Assembly: GCA_934401725.1 (NCBI GenBank) | Contig: CAKRSS010000001.1 | Location: forward strand, 732 to 64,731 | DNA: 64,000 nucleotides | Direction of reading: 5' to 3' | Origin: an uncultured Eubacteriales bacterium | GTDB lineage: Bacteria > Bacillota > Clostridia > Oscillospirales > CAG-272 | Shown here: in pieces, positions 55,898 through 64,000 of the stretch | Numbering within the stretch: the stretch's first letter is position 1 | Layout: each line of letters begins with the position of its first letter | The notes under the pieces: model-generated | Told to the model about the DNA's origin: nothing | The model's input: the letters and a program-made list of their open reading frames with translations, nothing else | The model's database searches: none | Program-made: the position numbers and the translations under genes

Positions 55898-57233
55898 ATG
55901 GTTTGAATCCGCCCGTCTCGGCGAGCGCTATTGTCGTGTGCGCATAGACGGCCGTCCGGACGTGTACGTTTTTTCCAAGAATATGACCAGCACCTACGCG
56001 CTGTGTGCGGTGCGATACGGCTCGATTGACCGGAGCTACCGCCTGTCCGGCGGCGAGACGGTGACGCTTCCGGACGGAATCGCCCACTTTCTTGAGCACA
56101 AAATGTTCGCACAGCCTGACGGTACGGACGCGTTTGACCGCTTTTCCGCTCTCGGGGCGGACGCAAACGCCTATACTACCTACGACCGCACCGTCTACCT
56201 GTTCAACTGCACCTCGAACTTCGACGGCGCCTTCAGCGCGTTGCTCGACATGGTGACGCACCCCTATTTCACCGAGGAAAGCGTCGCGCGTGAGCGGGGA
56301 ATAATAGGGCAGGAGATTGGCATGTACGACGACGACCCGGATTCCGCCTGCTATATGAGCATGCTGCGCGCGCTTTACGGCGACCATCCGCTGAGCACCA
56401 ATGTGTGCGGAACTGTGGCGTCGATCGGAAAGATCACGCCGGAATTGCTATACGATTGTCATCGGGTGTTTTACAACCCGGCTAACATGGTGATAATAGT
56501 CTGCGGAGCTGTCGACGTGGCGCAGGTCGCCGGGATTGTCGAGCACAGCTATTCGCCGATAAAAACGCTCGGCGTCGAGCGCTGCGTGCCGTCCGGCCTC
56601 GGAGCGCCGGTGCAGAAAAAGATAAGTCGGCGGATGCAGGTGGCAATGCCGCTGTTCATGATGGGCTTCAAGGAGCGCTTCGCCGATCCTGACCCCGGCG
56701 TGCGTCAGCGTCACGATATTTTAGCGTCGATACTCGAACGCATGCTGTTCTCGACATCGGGAGAGCTCTATAACAGCCTCTACGACTCGGGCATGATAAC
56801 AAGCCCGCTGTCCTGCGGACGGCTGGCCGAGGAGAGCTACGCTTACACCGAGCTCGGCGGCACAGCGCAGAACGCCGAGGCAGTCTGCGACTACATTATG
56901 TCACATATCAAAAATGTCAGAAGGCAAGGGCTCTCAAAAGATGACTTTGTGAGGTGCAAACGCAAGCGCATCGGCGACGCCGTGTCGCGTTTTGACTCGA
57001 CCGAGGAGATTGCAAACTCGCTCATAGGCTACGCCTTCGACGGGCTCGATTTGCTTGACGACATAAATGTCATCGAGAGCGTCAGCTTTGACGAGCTGTG
57101 CGCGCTTTTTGAGAATATGTACCTTGAAGAAAACACTGCGGTATCGTACGTGCTTCCGCAGGATATATACCGTCATCACCGCGCAATACACGAGCACGGT
57201 GAATCCCAAAGCAAGAAAGGAACAGAAAAATGA
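55887..57233 (+). CDS. M16 family zinc peptidase
   Basis: The inverted zinc motif is HFLEHKMF, with a downstream E in GIIGQEIGMYDD. It overlaps the previous gene by 11 nt. Confidence 0.75.
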   Translation: MKTEWFESARLGERYCRVRIDGRPDVYVFSKNMTSTYALCAVRYGSIDRSYRLSGGETVTLPDGIAHFLEHKMFAQPDGTDAFDRFSALGADANAYTTYDRTVYLFNCTSNFDGAFSALLDMVTHPYFTEESVARERGIIGQEIGMYDDDPDSACYMSMLRALYGDHPLSTNVCGTVASIGKITPELLYDCHRVFYNPANMVIIVCGAVDVAQVAGIVEHSYSPIKTLGVERCVPSGLGAPVQKKISRRMQVAMPLFMMGFKERFADPDPGVRQRHDILASILERMLFSTSGELYNSLYDSGMITSPLSCGRLAEESYAYTELGGTAQNAEAVCDYIMSHIKNVRRQGLSKDDFVRCKRKRIGDAVSRFDSTEEIANSLIGYAFDGLDLLDDINVIESVSFDELCALFENMYLEENTAVSYVLPQDIYRHHRAIHEHGESQSKKGTEK

Positions 57234-58588
57234 CTACCGTTTCGTTTCCCGGACTCGGAATCGGCGAGTTTACCATGGACAAGGTCGCGCTGGCGTTCAC
57301 CATCTTCGGCAAACCCGTGGAGATCCGCTGGTACGGAATTATTATTACGCTGGGCATAATTTTAGCCATTCTTTACGCGCTCATGCGCTCAAAGCAGGAG
57401 GGCATCTCGACCGACGACCTGCTTGACATAGGCATTTTCGCTATCATTTTCGCCATCGTCGGCGCGCGCATTTACTACGTGCTGACTTACGGCATCTCAA
57501 ACTTCATCGTGCATGACGCCGAGGGCAAGGTTCGCGCGTGGGACAGCTTTGTAAACATCATCGCCGTCTGGAACGGCGGAATCGCCATTTACGGCGCCAT
57601 AATCGCAGGCGGCATAACTGTTTATCTTGTTTGCCGTCACAAAAAGATAAAATGCACCCGCGCGTTTGATGCAATTGCGCCCGCTGTGATGATAGGTCAG
57701 ATACTCGGGCGCTGGGGAAACTTCGTCAACGGCGAGGCGCATGGCGGCATTGTCAACTCGTCGAGCCCGCTGTACTTCCTCCGCATGGGTCTGCTTCCCA
57801 ACGAGGACAGCCTCACGAGAATGTACTACTACCACCCGACCTTCCTTTATGAGTCGGTCTGGAATCTCATCGGCTTCTTAATCATCAACGCGCTCTACAA
57901 AAAGAAAAAGTTCGACGGCCAGGTGTTCCTTGAGTACATCACGTGGTACGGCTTCGGGCGCATGTTCATCGAGGGACTGCGCACGGACAGCCTGTACATC
58001 GGCGTTTTCCGCGTGTCGCAGCTGGTGGGGTTTGCCTGCTTTGTCGTCGGCGGGGCGCTGCTCGTCCGCGGTCTCATACTCGCCAAGCGCGCCGAATGCC
58101 TGACGCAGGACTACGAGCCCGTCTACAAGCGCTTTATCAAGCAGAAGCCGGTCGTGAAGACGGCAGTCGCCGGAACTGCGCAGGCGGAGTCGCCCGTGCA
58201 GCCAGAGACGACAGATAAAGCCGACAGCTCAGAGCAGTCCGAGGCCGACGCGACCGAGCCGGAGACCGCGAAAAAAACGGAGACCATCGCAGAAAAGCCG
58301 GAAACCACGGAGTCAACTGAGACCATCGCAGAAAAGCCGGAAACCACGGAGTCAACTGAGACCATCGCAGAAAAGCCGGAAACCACGGAGTCAATGGAGA
58401 CCGTTGCAGAAAAGCCTGAGACCGCAGAGTCTGCGAAGACCTCCGAGCCCTCAGATCCCCGGAAGCCGGAGCCAACCTCCGATAGCCACGCCTACACAGC
58501 CCCCGCGTCAGATAACGCTCCCGCCGACACCGCCTCCGCTGACGCCGCGGCGGCAGATTCCACCGAGAACGACAAAAATGAGGACTGA
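57230..58588 (+). CDS. lgt: prolipoprotein diacylglyceryl transferase with ~165-aa acidic repeat-containing C-terminal tail
   Basis: The Lgt core shows [22 protein letters not shown] and [13 protein letters not shown]. The tail is rich in E/T/P/A/S/D. Confidence 0.85.
   Translation: MTTVSFPGLGIGEFTMDKVALAFTIFGKPVEIRWYGIIITLGIILAILYALMRSKQEGISTDDLLDIGIFAIIFAIVGARIYYVLTYGISNFIVHDAEGKVRAWDSFVNIIAVWNGGIAIYGAIIAGGITVYLVCRHKKIKCTRAFDAIAPAVMIGQILGRWGNFVNGEAHGGIVNSSSPLYFLRMGLLPNEDSLTRMYYYHPTFLYESVWNLIGFLIINALYKKKKFDGQVFLEYITWYGFGRMFIEGLRTDSLYIGVFRVSQLVGFACFVVGGALLVRGLILAKRAECLTQDYEPVYKRFIKQKPVVKTAVAGTAQAESPVQPETTDKADSSEQSEADATEPETAKKTETIAEKPETTESTETIAEKPETTESTETIAEKPETTESMETVAEKPETAESAKTSEPSDPRKPEPTSDSHAYTAPASDNAPADTASADAAAADSTENDKNED
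58280..58435 (+). repeat. 39-bp in-frame tandem repeat (3 identical units plus 1 degenerate) inside the lgt tail
   Basis: Units start at 58280, 58319, 58358 and 58397. They encode [13 protein letters not shown] x3 and then [13 protein letters not shown]. Confidence 0.95.
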
Positions 58589-58590
58589 AA

Positions 58591-59433
58591 ATGGCAAAAA
58601 TCATTGATGGAAAAGCAATATCCGCCGAAATCCGCGAAGAAATAAAGCAGAGGACGGCCCGTCTCGTCGAGAAGGGCGTCACGCCGGGGCTTGCGGTGGT
58701 GCTGGTCGGCGACGACCCCGCATCGGCAGTCTACGTCCGCAATAAGCAGCGGGCGTGCGAGCAGGTTGGCTTTTATTCGGAGCAGGTCATCCTGTCCGCC
58801 GACACCGAAATGCCGGAGCTGCGCGCGGTCATCGAGCGTCTGAACGCCGACCCGCGCGTGCACGGCATACTTGTTCAGCTCCCGCTCCCGCCTCAGCTCG
58901 ACGAGCGCGAGGTCATCATGCTGATAGATCCCGAAAAGGACGTCGACGCGTTTCACCCCGTCAACGTCGGGCGGATTGTGAGCGGCGGTTACCGCTTCGC
59001 CCCCTGCACGCCAGCCGGAATAATGCAGCTTCTGCGCCGCAGCGGGATTGAGGTCGCCGGGCGCGAGTGCGTGGTCGTCGGACGCTCGAATATCGTCGGC
59101 AAGCCTATGGCGCTGCTGCTTCTCGAGGCGAACGGCACTGTGACCGTCTGCCACAGCCGCACCGTGGCGCTTCCTGACGTCTGCCGCCGCGCGGACATAC
59201 TCGTCTGCGCCGTCGGACGCCCCGGATTCATCACGGCCGACATGGTAAAGCCGGGCGCTACCGTTATCGATGTCGGAATAAATCGCCTGCCCGACGGGCA
59301 TCTTGCGGGCGACGTCGACTTTGCAGGCGTCGAAAGGATTGCCGGTGCAATCACGCCGGTGCCGGGCGGGGTGGGCCCCATGACGATAACAATGCTGCTC
59401 GAGAACACCCTCCGCGCGGCAGAGAACAGCTGA
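58591..59433 (+). CDS. folD: bifunctional methylenetetrahydrofolate dehydrogenase/cyclohydrolase
   Basis: Translation shows [17 protein letters not shown]...[21 protein letters not shown]...[11 protein letters not shown]...[10 protein letters not shown]. Confidence 0.95.
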   Translation: MAKIIDGKAISAEIREEIKQRTARLVEKGVTPGLAVVLVGDDPASAVYVRNKQRACEQVGFYSEQVILSADTEMPELRAVIERLNADPRVHGILVQLPLPPQLDEREVIMLIDPEKDVDAFHPVNVGRIVSGGYRFAPCTPAGIMQLLRRSGIEVAGRECVVVGRSNIVGKPMALLLLEANGTVTVCHSRTVALPDVCRRADILVCAVGRPGFITADMVKPGATVIDVGINRLPDGHLAGDVDFAGVERIAGAITPVPGGVGPMTITMLLENTLRAAENS

Positions 59434-59434
59434 T

Positions 59435-61621
59435 ATGAACAAAACGACGGCGGATGTGTGGCGCGGCGCGCGCTGGATATGGCGTCAGGGCGGCGCGGGG
59501 GATGACGAATACGTCGATTTTCTCTGCCGCTTTGACGGATCTGTGGATGGCGACTGGCGGCTGATAATCTCGGCCGACTCCGACTATAACGTCTATATAA
59601 ACGGCGTCCTTGCCGCCTTCGGGCAGTACGCCGACTACCCCGCGCGCAAGGTGTACGACAGCGTCCCGGTGATGCGGTACATCCGCGCCGGGGCAAACCG
59701 CATGGTGGTGCGCGTGTGGCACTACGGCGTCGACAGTCAGACGTATGTACGCGGCGAGGCGGGGCTGATTTTCTCATTTGAACGTGACGGCGAGTCAGTT
59801 TGCACCTCTTCCGCGGCGACGCTGTCGCGGCTGTCGCATGACTATGTCAGCGGGAGATGCCATAGCATAACGCCGCAGCTCGGGCTCACATTTTGCTATG
59901 ATTCCACCCGAGACGACGGGTATTTGCTTGATTGTGATTCTGATTTCACATTAAGCGCCGAACAGACGGAGCGCGCTCTTCCCGAGATGCTGCGCCCGAT
60001 TGAGAAGTTGCGTCTTGACAACCGACTGCCTTACCGTATTGTGGGCTTCGGTGCCTACTGTTTGTGCGATAAGGACGCACATGCTTCTCTTGCTACGCAT
60101 GATTCTGATGGTGCAGTCGTCTCCGAGACCCCGAGCGACCGCCGCACGGCCGCCGAGCGTATGCGCGACGCAAGGCTTTTGCCCGGATGCGTTGAAATTT
60201 CGGGTGGCCGGATGCTGCGTCCGGATGGCGCGGACGGCATTTACGTTGTGGTCGACGTCGGCGTCGAGACGGCGGGCTTTCTCACGCTCGAGCTCACCGT
60301 GCCGACCGCCGCACGCATTGATATAGGCTACGGCGAGCATCTGCGCGGCGGCGTCTGCCCCGCTGTCATCGGCAGGCGGAACTTCTGCGCCGAATACATC
60401 GCCTCGCCCGGTCGCAACAGCTATATGAACGCCTATCGGCGCTTCGGCGGGCGGTATTTTCAGATTTTTGTCCCCGCCGCGTGGCTGACGCTTGAATATC
60501 TCGGAATTTCACCGACGATATATCCGGTTCGCGACAGAGGCGCGCGTCCTGCCGACCCGCGCAGACGGCGCATTTACGACGTTTGCGTCAATACGCTGCG
60601 TCAGTGTATGCACGAGCACTACGAGGACTGCCCCTGGCGCGAGCAGGCGCTCTACACAATGGATTCGCGCAACCAGATGCTTTGCGGCTACTACGCTTTC
60701 GGCGAGTACGTCTTCCCACGCGCGTCGCTCGAGCTTATCTCGCAGGGCGTGCGCCCGGACGGACTGCTAAGCCTGTGCTATCCCGCCGGACTTGACTACC
60801 CGATACCGGCGTTTTCGCTCGTTTATTTCATCCAGATGCGCGAGTACACCGAATATTCCGGCGACCTGACGCTCGCGCGGCAACTTTACCCCATGCTCTC
60901 GCGCCTGATGCGCACTTTTACAGACCGCGTCACTGAGGTGGGACTCGTCCCGAATTTCGGCGGGCTGTGGAACTTTTACGAGTGGTCGCGCGGTATGAGC
61001 GGCGCACGCGAGACGGAAAATCGCACCGAAGCTCCGCTCAACGCGCTGCTTGTGCTGGCGCTCGAGTCGCTCGCGACGATATGCGAGCGACTGTCGGATG
61101 GGGCGGACGCCCGTCTCTGGCGCGAAATTGCCGCCGGAGTGCGGCGTGCAGTAAAAACGCATTTTTACGACGAGATCGCGGGACTGTTTCGCACGTCGCG
61201 CGAGAGCGGGGAGTTCAGCGTGCTTACAAATGCGCTGTGCCTGCTGTGCGGCACGGCGGATGAGGTTGATAAGAGTCACATTCTGAAGGTTATCGTCGAT
61301 AACGGCGGAGAAGTTTTGCAAAATGTGATGTGTGACGACCGAAAGACCGCAAAAGTCACTCCCGCAACGCTCAGCATGAATTGCTTCCGCTTTGACGCGC
61401 TACTGTGCGAGGATCGTTGTCGGTACGGCGTGCGCATTCTCGCCGAGCTCGACCGCGTCTACGGATACATGCTTGACATGGGAGCCACATCGTTTTGGGA
61501 GACAATAAACGGCGCTGATGACTTCGGAGGGGCGGGGAGCCTGTGTCACGGCTGGTCCGCGCTTCCCATATATTATTACAGCGTTCTCGACAGCTCGATG
61601 ACGCTTGGAGGTAAGCTATGA
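59435..61621 (+). CDS. GH78 (alpha-L-rhamnosidase)-like six-hairpin glycosidase family protein, no signal peptide
   Basis: Translation shows an N-terminal ARWIW, then EDCPWREQALYTMDSRNQ and GATSFWE...SLCHGWSALP. Confidence 0.55.
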   Translation: MNKTTADVWRGARWIWRQGGAGDDEYVDFLCRFDGSVDGDWRLIISADSDYNVYINGVLAAFGQYADYPARKVYDSVPVMRYIRAGANRMVVRVWHYGVDSQTYVRGEAGLIFSFERDGESVCTSSAATLSRLSHDYVSGRCHSITPQLGLTFCYDSTRDDGYLLDCDSDFTLSAEQTERALPEMLRPIEKLRLDNRLPYRIVGFGAYCLCDKDAHASLATHDSDGAVVSETPSDRRTAAERMRDARLLPGCVEISGGRMLRPDGADGIYVVVDVGVETAGFLTLELTVPTAARIDIGYGEHLRGGVCPAVIGRRNFCAEYIASPGRNSYMNAYRRFGGRYFQIFVPAAWLTLEYLGISPTIYPVRDRGARPADPRRRRIYDVCVNTLRQCMHEHYEDCPWREQALYTMDSRNQMLCGYYAFGEYVFPRASLELISQGVRPDGLLSLCYPAGLDYPIPAFSLVYFIQMREYTEYSGDLTLARQLYPMLSRLMRTFTDRVTEVGLVPNFGGLWNFYEWSRGMSGARETENRTEAPLNALLVLALESLATICERLSDGADARLWREIAAGVRRAVKTHFYDEIAGLFRTSRESGEFSVLTNALCLLCGTADEVDKSHILKVIVDNGGEVLQNVMCDDRKTAKVTPATLSMNCFRFDALLCEDRCRYGVRILAELDRVYGYMLDMGATSFWETINGADDFGGAGSLCHGWSALPIYYYSVLDSSMTLGGKL

Positions 61622-62427
61622 AACTGAGTATATCCACGCTCGGGTGCCCCGGGCGTTCGCTTGAAGAGACAGCCGCTCTGCTCGGCTCGTGCGGCGTCGG
61701 GGGGATAGAAATACGCGGTATCGGCGGAGAGCTTGAGGCGACCAGAATGCCCTGCCTCGCGCCTGAGAATCTTGCGCACACGCACGAGGTGCTTGCCGAG
61801 TACCGTCTGACGCCGCTATGTCTCGGCAGCTCGGTCGCGATGCACCGCAAGGGCGACAACATCGCGCTGGCATTGGCGGACACCGAGGTCTGCGCGAGGG
61901 CTGGCATCCCGGCCATTCGCATTTTTGGCAACAATCTCCCCGCAGACGCCGAGGCGCGCGCCGCAAAGCTGACCTCGATTGCAAACGACATCGCGCGCCT
62001 GTGCCGCATGGCGTCGCCGCTTGGCGTCAACATCTGGCTAGAGACGCACGGCGACGTCAACACCGTCGAGACGTTGGGCGAGGTCATACGCGCATGCGAA
62101 GGGCTTTCGAACTTCGGAGTCATCTGGGACGTCGCGCACACGTTCACATCACAATGCCGTGATTTTGAGCCTGTTATTGATGCGATTTATCCTTATGTGA
62201 GACATGTGCACATTAAAGATCGCATGACGATGCCCGACGGACGCGAGCAGCTCTGTCTGCCCGGTCGCGGCGAGCTTCCGTTGCGCGATATAGTGCGCGC
62301 GCTTGACGCCCGCGGGTACGACGGCTACTATTCGCTCGAGTGGGAGAAGCTGTGGCACCCTGAGCTTGAGGAGCCGGAGGTCGCATTTCCGTATTTTGTT
62401 GAGTTTATGAGGGGGATATATGCCTAA
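61618..62427 (+). CDS. sugar phosphate isomerase/epimerase (xylose isomerase-like TIM barrel)
   Basis: Translation shows MKLSISTLGC...GIEIRG...IWLETHGD...VHIKD...YSLEWE. An ATGA overlap links it to the previous gene. Confidence 0.7.
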   Translation: MKLSISTLGCPGRSLEETAALLGSCGVGGIEIRGIGGELEATRMPCLAPENLAHTHEVLAEYRLTPLCLGSSVAMHRKGDNIALALADTEVCARAGIPAIRIFGNNLPADAEARAAKLTSIANDIARLCRMASPLGVNIWLETHGDVNTVETLGEVIRACEGLSNFGVIWDVAHTFTSQCRDFEPVIDAIYPYVRHVHIKDRMTMPDGREQLCLPGRGELPLRDIVRALDARGYDGYYSLEWEKLWHPELEEPEVAFPYFVEFMRGIYA

Positions 62428-63091
62428 ATTCGCAAGTAGCAAAAGCCTGCCGAAGGACGCGAGACAGCTGATATTTTTCGGCGCTTCGGCGCTTCTGACG
62501 CTGATTCTGGCGGTGGCCGGGTTTGTGGCCGCCGCGAAGCGGGACTCCGCGGCGCTCAGCGCGCTGTTCGTTATCTGCTCGGTGCTGCTGTTGATTCTCA
62601 CGGCGCTGTTTGTCACATTGGCGCTGTTATCGCTCGGCGGTGGGTCGAATTTCTTCCTTTATGACTATGGAGTGAAGCGAAATATCCGCCCCGAAGAGCT
62701 GACCGCGCAGGCTGTCAACGCCCGGCTTGACGACTATATCACTGAATATTTCGGCTCGCCGCAGCGCCTGCTTTCCGGCGACGGCCTTTCGAGCGCGAGC
62801 TTCGGCCTTGAGTCGGTATTGCGCCCGGCGGTCGCTTACCGCCTGCTCGCCGTCGCCGCGGAACAACCGGAGGTCATGACGGCATTCGAGAGTTGCAGCG
62901 GGGCTACGCTGTCGGTTCTGTGCGCGGCACTGCGCGAGGCGGGTGAGGCGGACATGCCGGCAGTGCTTGAGCGCCACCGCGCCCAGGGCGGCGACCCGGA
63001 AAAGCTGGCCCGCTTCCTCGGCGGCAACCGCAAATATATTCAGGCGAGACTCATGAATTATATCAAACGCAACATGGAGCGGTTTTACTGA
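62420..63091 (+). CDS. hypothetical 2-TM membrane protein
   Basis: Two hydrophobic helices (residues ~17-38 and ~45-70) precede a soluble helical domain. An 8-nt overlap links it to the previous gene. Confidence 0.5.
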   Translation: MPKFASSKSLPKDARQLIFFGASALLTLILAVAGFVAAAKRDSAALSALFVICSVLLLILTALFVTLALLSLGGGSNFFLYDYGVKRNIRPEELTAQAVNARLDDYITEYFGSPQRLLSGDGLSSASFGLESVLRPAVAYRLLAVAAEQPEVMTAFESCSGATLSVLCAALREAGEADMPAVLERHRAQGGDPEKLARFLGGNRKYIQARLMNYIKRNMERFY

Positions 63092-63810
63092 TGTTTACTA
63101 TCAAAATTGCCGGGCTGAGCATTTCGATTGACAATAAGTACCCCGGCGTTGAGCGGCTGTGCCGCGATTATATTGTCGACGTGCCGCAGAGCGAGTGCGA
63201 TATGAGCGTCGCCGTGTCGGAGGACGATGTCTCCCGCGAGGTCACGACGGCGTCAGAGCCGGTCTCGCGCAGCTATGCCGAGAGCCTCTGCATCTACCGC
63301 GCGATATGCTCGCGTCTGCCGGAATTTGAGGCGTTTCTGCTTCATGCGGCGGTCGTCGAGGTCGACGGCGTCGCCTACGCGTTCACGGCCAAAAGCGGCA
63401 CGGGCAAGACAACTCATATCACATTGTGGAAAAAACTCCTCGGCGACAGAGTAAAAATAATAAATGGTGACAAGCCGATAATCCGTTTTCACGACGGTAC
63501 TCCGTACGCCTACGGTACTCCGTGGTGCGGCAAGGAGGGGTACAACGTCAACACGCGCGCGCCGCTTTCGGCGCTCTGCTTCGTTGAGCGTGCGGAGGAG
63601 AACCGCATCGCGCCGTTCGGCGGGCAGCAGATGCTCGGCAGACTGATGGGGCAGATACTCATCCCGCGCAGCGCGGATGAGATAATCCGGCTCACCTCGC
63701 TGCTTGACCGGCTGGTGCGCACCGTCCCGTGCTATCTGCTCGGGTGCAACATGGACATAGAGGCCGCCCGCGTCGCTTACGACGGAATGCGGCAGGGAGG
63801 TGCACAATGA
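63091..63810 (+). CDS. HprK-C-terminal-like P-loop protein (putative kinase), function unknown
   Basis: LHAAVVEVDGVAYAFTAKSGTGKTTHITLWKKLLGDRVKIINGDKPII parallels the HPr kinase pattern h-G-x-G-h-h-h-x-G-x-SG-x-GKS...L...G..LVADD. The start shares 1 nt with the previous stop. Confidence 0.5.
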   Translation: MFTIKIAGLSISIDNKYPGVERLCRDYIVDVPQSECDMSVAVSEDDVSREVTTASEPVSRSYAESLCIYRAICSRLPEFEAFLLHAAVVEVDGVAYAFTAKSGTGKTTHITLWKKLLGDRVKIINGDKPIIRFHDGTPYAYGTPWCGKEGYNVNTRAPLSALCFVERAEENRIAPFGGQQMLGRLMGQILIPRSADEIIRLTSLLDRLVRTVPCYLLGCNMDIEAARVAYDGMRQGGAQ

Positions 63811-64000
63811 GCGAGTCCCGAATCCCGGCGCACGCACACGGTGAGAAAACGGCAGCGGCTGGAACCGAGGCCGGTGCCCCGCCTGCCGAGCTTGCCTCAA
63901 CCACCGAGGCCGGTGCCCCGCCTGCCGAGCTTGCTGCAACTACCGAGGCCGGTGCCCCGCTCGCCGAGCTTGCCTCAACTACCGAGGCCGCTCAGCCCGC
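63807..64000 (+). CDS. hypothetical protein with N-terminal 13-aa tandem repeats (3' end outside window)
   Basis: An ATG at 63807 follows GGGAGG and overlaps the previous stop (ATGA). My translation gives MSESRIPAHAHGEKTAAAGTEAGAPPAELASTTEAGAPPAELAATTEAGAPLAELASTTEAAQP... Confidence 0.5.
   Translation, partial: MSESRIPAHAHGEKTAAAGTEAGAPPAELASTTEAGAPPAELAATTEAGAPLAELASTTEAAQP
63864..64000 (+). repeat. 39-bp in-frame tandem repeat (at least 3.5 units, runs off the window)
   Basis: Units start at 63864, 63903, 63942 and 63981. The unit is ACCGAGGCCGGTGCCCCGCCTGCCGAGCTTGCCTCAACC with a few substitutions. Confidence 0.9.

Noticed and set aside
58280-58435. Possible CRISPR array, suggested by regularly spaced identical 39-bp units.
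   Set aside because: The units are directly adjacent with no spacers, are in frame within lgt, and encode a 13-aa peptide repeat. No cas genes are present in the window.

Overview
This window is visibly GC-rich with strong G/C bias at third codon positions. It looks like a Gram-positive, Clostridia-type chromosomal core region, based on GGAGG ribosome-binding sites, sigma-A consensus promoters and Firmicutes gene orders (yhbY-nadD-yqeK-(LCP)-rsfS-leuS; ylxM-ffh-rpsP-KH; ecfA1-ecfA2-ecfT-truA; rpsB-tsf). I call about 59 protein genes in seven alternating strand blocks. Nearly all are housekeeping: gap, proS, acn-icd, leuS, rpsU, ldh, glpK, ffh, ruvC, clpE-like, uvrB, tex, tadA, lgt and folD. 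rpsU (25385-25561) is under 60 aa and is missing from the ORF track. Several track ORFs start too far upstream, and I re-set those starts from RBS and homology logic. I found no tRNA, rRNA, CRISPR array, transposase, integrase, phage or recognisable defence genes, so I cannot support a mobile or defence island. The most unusual item is (1) a multi-hairpin intergenic repeat present in three places (8.38-9.01 kb, 39.68-39.75 kb, and 51.19-51.47 kb inverted). Its stems differ between copies by compensatory changes, and the first copy carries a 275-bp foldback insertion. The others are (2) a 5'-truncated ECF-type sigma factor fused to a ~690-aa soluble domain with an internal duplication. (3) A dltA-dltC-MBOAT module in non-canonical order without dltD or dltX. 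(4) A translationally coupled operon at the 3' edge: GH78-like, TIM-barrel, 2-TM protein, HprK-like P-loop protein and a 13-aa-repeat protein, cut by the window end. (5) Five 10-bp-phased A-tracts before the pseudouridine synthase gene. (6) 39-bp in-frame tandem repeats in the lgt tail and in the last gene. All functional calls come from reading the translations. No database search was run.
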